Positions 24,960 through 32,055 of a stretch of 32,055 bases of DNA are shown piece by piece. Origin of the DNA: Polymyxa betae A26-41 (Eukaryota; Protista; Endomyxa: Phytomyxea); assembly GCA_003693705.1 (NCBI GenBank), contig RBZT01000887.1:1-32055 (forward strand), read 5' to 3'. Under the pieces are notes generated by a model. It had not been told where the DNA came from, did no database searches, and worked only from the letters and a program-made list of their open reading frames with translations. How positions within the stretch are numbered: position 1 is the first letter of the stretch; the number at the start of each line of letters is the position of its first letter. The position numbers and the translations under genes were made by a program.

Positions 24960-26805
24960 CTATAACCCTAACCCGCGAACAAAAGATTGCCGCGGGTTCC
25001 CCATTCCTAGAAACGACAAAGTTAGAAATAAAACATAGCAAATTGACATGAGATTTGCAGATGGACCAATCTCCTCAGCGAGATTCTTAAGAGTGATGGC
25101 GGACACCAGCACCCGGAGAAACGATAGGCAGTCCCTCATCACGAGGCAACGACGCGTCTGCCTCGCTGCCTCCAGATCCCAGTCTTGACGGCTGGCATCC
25201 GCAGTACGTTCACGATCTGAGTTTGTTCCTCATTGGTGAAGGCATCCAGAACTCCTTGCGTGTTTACGAATTCTAAGATGAGCGCAACAACTGCTGACAG
25301 AACTAATCGTTGCGCCAGAGTGTTTCGCTTCGTTGTTAGTTTACCGGAAATGGCAGTGGCGATTACACGGTTCTCAGCGATTAGAAGGGCTGCGACTTCA
25401 CTTTCCGTCAGTAACTTAGCCACCCGTGGCGTTGCGGAGTACCGAAAGTACTCTCTGAGCCATTGGGGCTCCGCTTCGGGTGGTTGAGTCGCCTCCTCGG
25501 TGTTAGCCGGGGCTGGCGGGACGGAGGGCGCATCTCCAGAGGTTGCCTCTGTTGACGTTGTTGACCCCGTGACAGCTAGCAGAGGTTCCCTCTATTGCCA
25601 TCGGGGTGGGCTGGTTGCTAAAAGCAGCTAAGTCCCGGAGGGATCGCTCCAGCCCGTAGATAGACTCAATCTCTCCTGATATAGTGGGCAGGGCGCCGTT
25701 GATGATTGCACAGACCAGGTCCTTCAACGCCGTCGGGCAGGTCGCCAGGATGGAATCGCCGCTCTTCAAAAGCGATGGTACAAGCTGGGTCGGCAACACC
25801 ACGATCTGTACGTTGCTGCTGTGTAGGTTCTTGATCAGCAAACTTCGGTTCATCAAAAGCAATGATAATGTCATGGTACAAATCGTCTCGCTGGTAATCG
25901 TCTATTGGAACGTGTTGTATTCGCTCGTTTTGCAGCTCGATCTGCTGTCGCATAGGTTCTCAGTGGCCCTAAATCCCTTGCTTTCTGATCTATATAAGCC
26001 CAATTTTCTCAAATCAAACATCCAAGCACATAGTCATTTTACATTCCTGTGACGATAGGGGTCATCGCCATCCCAGACGTGCCAGAATGCGATTAACGTT
26101 GCAACGTGACATTTTCCGCTTCTGTAAGCTATTTCGTAAAGCCATCTATCGCCATACTTTCGCTTTGAATGTATAGCGACTTACGGCCAACCTCTAGAGC
26201 CATCCTGAATGATTCAGTATCACTGAGAAACTGTGTTTTTTACACGGTTACCTGCGAGTGCCAACGCAGTCATTAACTGCTCCGAAAACAAAGGGAAATG
26301 ATTTCAATCTCTTGTGAAGATGATGAGCTATCGCGGAAACAAAGCTACGAACATCTTTCTTTGATGCTTTCTCCTCAGGTGAAATCCGCACTTGAGAAGA
26401 TACTTAATCAGAGTTAGATCAAGATGGCCACGATCCAGGCAGACCAAGTTGCTTCACCTGACCTGTTCAGGTAACTGTTCAGATTAAAGTGACCTAATTA
26501 AAAGCAAGCGAACAACATCTGCGAAGCTTTCTCCTTTGCCAAGCAGGCGCATTCCAAGAAGCAAACCTGTTGTCAACGAAACAGCGTTCGTAGATACTAT
26601 ATCAAACGCCTTCATTAAAACGGTCCCGACATCTTGCACGTTTTTCTTCTTTTCTTTTCTTATCTTGGTCTTGCTTGAACTTGAATTGAATAGTGAAGTA
26701 GTCGTTCGAAACTTCGTCATACGTTGCGTCCAAAGTAAGACGACCATGGGCTCGGAAGACCAGAGAGGAAAGAGACAGAATTGACACGTGTTGAGAGAGA
26801 GACAA
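24960..26805 (-). pseudogene. Fragmented, probably decayed coding sequence of unknown family
   Basis: Chain of protein-like minus-strand ORF pieces (25139-25423, 25503-25874, 25666-25953, 26602-26805) with frame changes, stops and intron-like segments. Confidence 0.35.
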
Positions 26806-26887
26806 AGAACTCTAGTTGTATTATTAGTAAGAGAAGCGGTTGCGGTGTTCGCAGAGAGGTTAAAGGGAAACCAGTGGAAAACCAGAG

Positions 26888-27063
26888 TGTCATTTTCAGA
26901 ACTCAAACCAAAAAATGACGCATTATAGGGTCTTATAACGTGTCTTTTAATGCGTCATTTTTGAGAATAAATTCTAAAAATGACACGTTATAAGACCCTA
27001 AAATGCGTCATCTGGTTTTTTACTCTGGGGCGTGGTTTTTGAGTTCAATTTTCAAAAATGACA
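26888..27063. repeat. Nested inverted repeats
   Basis: 26915-26944 pairs with 26982-27011 (29/30); 26911-26925 pairs with 26948-26962 (15/15); outer tgtcatttt...aaaatgaca. Confidence 0.9.
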
Positions 27064-27189
27064 ACAGATTAATCCGTCCATTCTGATAGATTAATCCCTC
27101 TCAATCCGCCATTTGTAATTTTTGAAATCAGATTTAAAAAAATGACGATATATTACTATGATATTTATTTATAATAATCCTTATATTTT

Positions 27190-27336
27190 CGTGCCAGGCA
27201 AGCGTGCCAGGCAAACCCCCTTTCGTGCCAGGCAAACCCCCTAAAATGCCAGGCAAGAATTCCTAAAATCGGCGAAAAATGCCATTTTCCCATACAAAAA
27301 TGACCTCGTGCTAGGCAAAGCGCTCGTGCCAGGCAA
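27190..27336. repeat. Six iterated (CG)TGCCAGGCAA motifs
   Basis: Copies at 27190, 27203, 27224, 27247, 27307 (1 mismatch) and 27325. Confidence 0.92.
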
Positions 27337-27477
27337 AATCAGCGAAATCGCACAGAATAAAAAATTTTTATATCACTTCCACGTATTCATCAAAATATCA
27401 ATCAAAATAAACCCACCGGCACACCATGAATTAAATGGATAATTTATTTGAAATAATGTTGGGGGTTTATTGTAATA

Positions 27478-27735
27478 ATGGATAATATTTCTTTTTGTAT
27501 AACTTGCGATAAAGAAACAGAAAGTGATGATTGTTGTGCTTTATGTAATAAATCAATGTGCGTTGATTGTGAGGATTTTAAACATACAAAAAAAGGTGTT
27601 ATTTATACTGGTAAGGAAGATCAATATATTTGTGGAGAATGTGCGTCTGAATGTATAAAAATATGTATGAGCAAAAAGTTAATTGATCATTCATATAGTG
27701 ATGATTTTGAGAGATATTTATTTGCTGAAAAATAA
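27478..27735 (+). CDS. Small Cys-rich putative Zn-binding viral protein (85 aa)
   Basis: Four or more CxxC pairs (CITC, CALC, CVDC, CGEC); AT-rich and intronless. Confidence 0.7.
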   Translation: MDNISFCITCDKETESDDCCALCNKSMCVDCEDFKHTKKGVIYTGKEDQYICGECASECIKICMSKKLIDHSYSDDFERYLFAEK

Positions 27736-27800
27736 ATAATTAAACAGAAATGAACCGGGGAAAATATTTAAAATAAAAAAATACTTCAAAATAATAATTA

Positions 27801-28055
27801 ATGTTTAATAACAAAATTGCTCTTATTTTTGATGATGGGGTAAATTTCTTTTTAGTAACCCGAAAGAATGAAGATTATGAAATTTCTGAAACGAGAAATC
27901 AGAAAAGACAAATCACACATTCAATTGATAAATCATTAAAAAAATTCTTCAAACAAGTAGGAGGGGAAATTGAAATTAATGATATTAATAATGCTTGTGA
28001 TGATATAAGTAGAAACAATGATCCGGAACAAAAACGGGGTAGTTTTCAATCCTAA
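27801..28055 (+). CDS. Hypothetical protein of the element (84 aa)
   Basis: ATG in TAATG context; open frame in AT-rich DNA. Confidence 0.55.
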   Translation: MFNNKIALIFDDGVNFFLVTRKNEDYEISETRNQKRQITHSIDKSLKKFFKQVGGEIEINDINNACDDISRNNDPEQKRGSFQS

Positions 28056-28071
28056 AAAACCCTAATAAATT

Positions 28072-28312
28072 AATATCTTTTTAGAATTCCAAAAACCCAG
28101 TCCCAAAAAGACCCCTAAGTCCAGGGCCTATGAAAAATTCAAAAATATCTTTTTAGAATTCCAAAAACCCAGTCCCAAAAAGACCCCTAAGTCCAGGGGC
28201 TATGAAAAATTCAAAAATATCTTTTTAGAATTCCAAAAACCCAGTCCCAAAAAGACCCCTAAGTCCAGGGACTATGAAAACCCTAAAACAAAATCTCTTT
28301 TTAGAATTCAAA
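28072..28312. repeat. 72-bp tandem repeat, about 3 copies plus a partial copy
   Basis: ttagaattcc at 28081, 28153 and 28225; units differ at one base (agggC/G/Actatg). Confidence 0.95.
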
Positions 28313-28333
28313 AAATTTAAAAAAGTCCGTAAA

Positions 28334-28372
28334 NNNNNNNNNNNNNNNNNNNNNNNNNNNNNNNNNNNNNNN
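28334..28372. other. Assembly gap (N run)
   Basis: Run of n. Confidence 1.
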
Positions 28373-28749
28373 ATTTAAAAAAATAAAAATTATTAATTGA
28401 TGACAAAGCAAAAATATCTAATTGATTAAAAAATGATCTTAAAACGTATATTTTAATTAAATGAATTTTTTTATAATTTACAAAATTAAATTATAAAAAA
28501 ACATATTTAAATAAAATTAAAATGAACTGTGAAGTGTGTATGACAATTAAAGAAATTACTGACTTAAAATATGTTATTACAGTTACAAAAATGGTTAAAA
28601 TTATGAATTACAAAAAAATAATTTAGAAAAATACATCAAAGAAAAACAAATTAGAAACAAAATAAAAGAAAATGGAATAATTGATTTTAATGAATTACTA
28701 AAAAAATACAAATATAGTTTATTAGATTAAATAATATTATTTAAAAGTA

Positions 28750-29483
28750 ATGTTATCTGGTTTAAATGATAAAATAGACACACATTATGACTACCAAATA
28801 AATAAATTAAAGTATAGAATATCACAAACTTTAACAGGGTCTAACCAAAACATTAATTCAAGTAATACCTACCACAATATATCTAATGTAGGGGGTGATA
28901 TCTATTTATTCGATTATTCATTAACAAATAATAAACTGTCAATTGTATCGACTTCTATAGAAGACACAATAACAGGGACAGGTGTTAGGATTATCCTCGT
29001 CGGTGGTGTGGATCAAAATTACGATCAAATTCAAGAGGTCATTGTTTTAAATGGAACAACACCCGTATTAAGTACTAATAATTTTCAAATGGTTAATACA
29101 ATGTCAATTTTATCTGTAGGAACATATAAAAAATCAGTAGGACAAATAAATATTAATACTAGTAATAATTCAAATATTCATGCTATTATTCCTGTAGACG
29201 GTAGTTCCATTTTATCAGGTAGATATACTGTGGCAAATGGTTATACCGCTTACCTAGATACTTTAGTATTAACCTGCACTTCAAACGACACATTGGACGT
29301 CGGTACTTTTATTGTATCAAAAACGTTTCCTTTACAACAAAAGGCAAGTATTTTAATGTATCAAAATACGTTTTCAAGTCCATCATTATCGTTTGTATCT
29401 GTGCCATCAAAATATACAATTTTATACGGGGCTAAGAGATTAAGTTCAAACCCAACTAAAGTCTCAGTTAATCAACGAATTAA
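28750..29483 (+). CDS. Beta-rich, phage/virus-type putative structural protein (at least 244 aa, 3' end in gap)
   Basis: Long ORF rich in S/T/N/G/V/I; motifs SIVSTS..DT..GTG.R, G.D.NY..I.E.I.LNGTT.V and YTVANGYTAYL. Confidence 0.7.
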
Positions 29484-29638
29484 NNNNNNNNNNNNNNNNN
29501 NNNNNNNNNNNNNNNNNNNNNNNNNNNNNNNNNNNNNNNNNNNNNNNNNNNNNNNNNNNNNNNNNNNNNNNNNNNNNNNNNNNNNNNNNNNNNNNNNNNN
29601 NNNNNNNNNNNNNNNNNNNNNNNNNNNNNNNNNNNNNN
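29484..29638. other. Assembly gap (N run)
   Basis: Run of n; hides the 3' ends of two convergent ORFs. Confidence 1.
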
Positions 29639-29989
29639 TTTATTATTTTTCCTATATTCATTAGTATAGTTTTTTTCATCGTAATCTCCAAAATGACTAT
29701 TCCATAAATCAACACCAAAATCTTTATATAAATTCATAACTAAGTTTTCCATTGTTTTGTTATAATTTTCTGGGACATTTTCATAAAGTATTTCCATTTT
29801 TACAGTATTATAAAATTGTTCCTTTGTGATAAATAATTGTCTAATCGTCATATATAAATAAATATTATAACATTTTCCTTTTTCATTATAACAAGCATTT
29901 TTATGTTTATAATATCTCATTTTAATATTCCTAGTTTTTCCAATATAAATAGTAGTATTATTAATAAATAATCTATAAATGTAATACAT
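29639..29989 (-). CDS. GIY-YIG endonuclease (3' end in gap)
   Basis: YIY-x9-YIGKT, conserved R..KH, LY..IR, catalytic-position E (TMEN) and terminal N (LWNS). Confidence 0.85.
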
Positions 29990-30010
29990 AATTAACAATA
30001 AATTTTTAAT

Positions 30011-30364
30011 TTAAACTGAGTATAAACAATATAATTTTTTAAAGTCATTTTCTATAAAATTATAATCATCTACTTTCCTAAAAAAGGGGTACCCACATAA
30101 ATAACCCCAGTGAATTAAATTAAATAATTTTAAATTATCGTTATATGTCATAACTTTTTTACAAACTATTAATTTATAAAAATATTTATTCATTTTTTTC
30201 ATCAATTTATCAAATAATTTATCATTTTTTTCATATTTTTTAAAAATTTTAGGAATTGTTAATAAAATATTAGTATTTTTACCTTTATAATTATAATTAA
30301 AATAAATACATTCTTTTTCAAAAAATCTATTACTTTCTATTTCATTCTTTTCTCGAATATCCAT
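30011..30364 (-). CDS. Hypothetical protein of the element (117 aa)
   Basis: ATG-initiated ORF in tandem with its neighbours; K/N/F/Y-rich. Confidence 0.6.
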   Translation of the reverse strand: MDIREKNEIESNRFFEKECIYFNYNYKGKNTNILLTIPKIFKKYEKNDKLFDKLMKKMNKYFYKLIVCKKVMTYNDNLKLFNLIHWGYLCGYPFFRKVDDYNFIENDFKKLYCLYSV

Positions 30365-30395
30365 TATTTAATTACTAATATATTTTTAATTTAAA

Positions 30396-30782
30396 TTATC
30401 TAATGGCATTAACAATATTTTCTGCAACTTCCTGTTCTGACCCTAAAGGACTTTCTAATACTTCTCTCCTTCTGATTACTGCAAATCGTTCTCCTTTTTT
30501 ATTGATACCCGCGTCGTTTTTATTGAACAACCCGCTTCGTTTACTCTGTTCTATTCCACTAATAACTCTTTCTCCAACTTCTAAACCGCCCTCTAATTTT
30601 TTCAAATTTTTACTAGCTAATAATTTATCTGTAATATTTTTAACTATTTCAATGTTATATTTATCAGCAATGTTATCAACGTCCCGCAAAAAACTAATTC
30701 CTCTTTTTGTATTTCTTATTATACCCTTAACAGTATTTAGATCTAATGCACCAAATATTCCTTTCAATTTTCTTAAACTCAT
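30396..30782 (-). CDS. Basic helical protein (128 aa), candidate virion core or membrane-active protein
   Basis: Amphipathic basic N-terminus (MSLRKLKGIFGALDLNTVKGIIRNTKRGISFL); divergent from the capsid ORF. Confidence 0.7.
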   Translation of the reverse strand: MSLRKLKGIFGALDLNTVKGIIRNTKRGISFLRDVDNIADKYNIEIVKNITDKLLASKNLKKLEGGLEVGERVISGIEQSKRSGLFNKNDAGINKKGERFAVIRRREVLESPLGSEQEVAENIVNAIR

Positions 30783-30866
30783 TGTCTTTACTTAATAAAA
30801 TAATTACACAAGTGATTAGTTTATTTTAAAAGAATACTAAATTTTTTTTTATATTAATTAATATTA

Positions 30867-32055
30867 ATGTCTCAATCAATTAGACTTTCGGATTTACACA
30901 TAGATGAACGTGTGCCTTTAGATCTTTTACCTAAACAAAAGGTAGAAAAAAATGATTTAGGAATACTACGCAAAATGGTAGATGTAATATCTTGTAAGAC
31001 ACCTGCAAATTATGGTTATAGACAGACTTCTAAACGTTTAGAATTTGACGTAGGAACTAATAATGCGGAAAATCACAATGACTCTTTTATTAAATTAACT
31101 TTTGAAGTAGAAAATATGGGAGCAGATGAATACGCATTTTTAGACGGTCATTTAATCTCATTTTTTAATCGAGCCCAACTTAAACAAAAGGGAGGTGCGG
31201 AGATTGAAGATTTAGAACAAGTCAATAGAAAAGTATTATCGGACCATATTCAAACATCTTCACCAGAAAATCTTAAATTTCACTTTGACTCCTGGAAACA
31301 CAATCTAGTTGAAGACGATCCGGATGCAGAAAATGCTGCGGTTAAAACATTTGGATATACTGCGGCTACTAATAATCTTAAGAAAAAATTAGTTCAGGGA
31401 ACCAGTTATGTAGGAATTTTACCTATATCTGATGTTTATAACTTCTTTAAAGGAAATTCTTTATGGCCTTCATACCGTGGAGGTGCGTTAGAATATAAAT
31501 TAATGTTTGAAGAAGACCCTTTTATTTTTTCAAGTTCATCTATTACAGGTTCAGTAACTCGTCTCAAGGTAACAGAGGCAAAATTCCATTTAATTAACTA
31601 TGAGATTGATCCAGTAGTAAGAGAAGAAGTTTTACAACTTAAACAAGTCGTATATCCATTTGAAACTTATAAATTAAAATCTGTATTATTACAAGGAGGT
31701 GCACAGACTATTACCTGGTCAGAAGGAGACGACCATTTAGTAGGTCTTAAATTAGTAGGGAGAAGAGCAGCGGCGGGTGCAATTGGTCTTCTACACGCAA
31801 CAGACGCAGCATCATCAACATACAAACGAGATTTAACACGTGCTGAAGACCTTAAAATAACTTCTTTACAAATTAAATGTGGATCTGAAAGATTATCAGA
31901 AAATCCAATTACTTCTAAAGCAGAATTATATAATTTAACTAAACAATACTATAATCAACAACAGGATACAGATATAGGTTCAATGGTTACACAGTATAAT
32001 TGGGACTCTGAATTAGTAACACAAGGTACAGAAGACGAACAATACTATTTTTCAA
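30867..32055 (+). CDS. Putative double jelly-roll major capsid protein of PLV type (at least 396 aa, 3'-partial)
   Basis: Manually translated stop-free frame MSQSIRLSDLHIDERVPLDL...; segments RLEFDV...DSFIKLTFEV, LDGHLISFFNRAQLKQKGGAEIEDLEQVN, GGALEYKLMFE, VYPFETY and ITSLQIKCGSERLSENPI follow the PLV MCP pattern. Confidence 0.78.
   Translation, partial: MSQSIRLSDLHIDERVPLDLLPKQKVEKNDLGILRKMVDVISCKTPANYGYRQTSKRLEFDVGTNNAENHNDSFIKLTFEVENMGADEYAFLDGHLISFFNRAQLKQKGGAEIEDLEQVNRKVLSDHIQTSSPENLKFHFDSWKHNLVEDDPDAENAAVKTFGYTAATNNLKKKLVQGTSYVGILPISDVYNFFKGNSLWPSYRGGALEYKLMFEEDPFIFSSSSITGSVTRLKVTEAKFHLINYEIDPVVREEVLQLKQVVYPFETYKLKSVLLQGGAQTITWSEGDDHLVGLKLVGRRAAAGAIGLLHATDAASSTYKRDLTRAEDLKITSLQIKCGSERLSENPITSKAELYNLTKQYYNQQQDTDIGSMVTQYNWDSELVTQGTEDEQYYFS

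Larger units (their letters stand above)
26888..32055. mobile_element. Endogenous Polinton-like virus / virophage-like element, left part (exact left end uncertain; runs off window)
   Basis: Abrupt shift to AT-rich, intronless, tightly packed ORFs; capsid-like ORF; GIY-YIG; repeat-rich terminal region. Confidence 0.8.

Noticed and set aside
26100-26190. Chromodomain-like peptide VAIHSKRKYGDRWLYEIAY on the minus strand
   Set aside because: The resemblance is weak, it is preceded by an in-frame stop, and the aromatic cage is incomplete
26794-26802. (AG)n run as the canonical Polinton 5'-AG terminus
   Set aside because: It is too short and cannot be tested without the right end; it may be ordinary purine-rich sequence
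28072-28312. CRISPR-like array
   Set aside because: The units are contiguous near-identical 72-mers with no unique spacers, there are no cas genes, and the context is eukaryotic
28522-28744. Small ORF MNCEVC... plus a downstream K-rich frame
   Set aside because: It stops after 34 codons and needs a frameshift; it could be a decayed gene but is unsupported
28750-29998. ORF-track lengths of 304, 172 and 84 aa spanning the N run
   Set aside because: These are artefacts of translating through the gap; the true 3' ends are unknown
30403-30795. Plus-strand 130-aa ORF
   Set aside because: It is an antisense shadow of the 30396-30782 gene
26373-32055. Mitochondrial or plastid insertion as the explanation for the AT-rich DNA
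   Set aside because: No organellar genes or RNAs were recognised, and the ORFs are virus-like

Overview
Eukaryotic, gene-dense protist DNA with short GT-AG introns (mostly 45-70 nt). The compact layout, centriolar CEP131 homologue and TTTAGGG-like motifs suggest a flagellated protist, possibly a plasmodiophorid (inference only). Bases 1-26.8 kb hold spliced host genes: an SDR, a zf-4CXXC protein, a GH85 ENGase with an apparent inserted FBA domain, a Pro-rich coiled-coil protein, a C2H2 protein, NOL10, an SLC25A39/40-type carrier, ATP11, a patatin TAG lipase, a CEP131-like gene and a small membrane protein. This part also holds a 1.9-kb TIR-bounded element and a decayed coding region. From about 26.9 kb the DNA switches abruptly to very AT-rich and intronless, and looks like the left part of an endogenous Polinton-like virus (PLV). 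It has nested palindromes and iterated dyad sites at the junction, a 72-bp tandem array, small viral-type ORFs and a GIY-YIG nuclease. It also has a PLV-type major capsid protein ORF (30867 to window end) that the ORF track misses because its stop lies outside the window. Two N-gaps interrupt the element. All homology calls come from motif recognition, not database searches.
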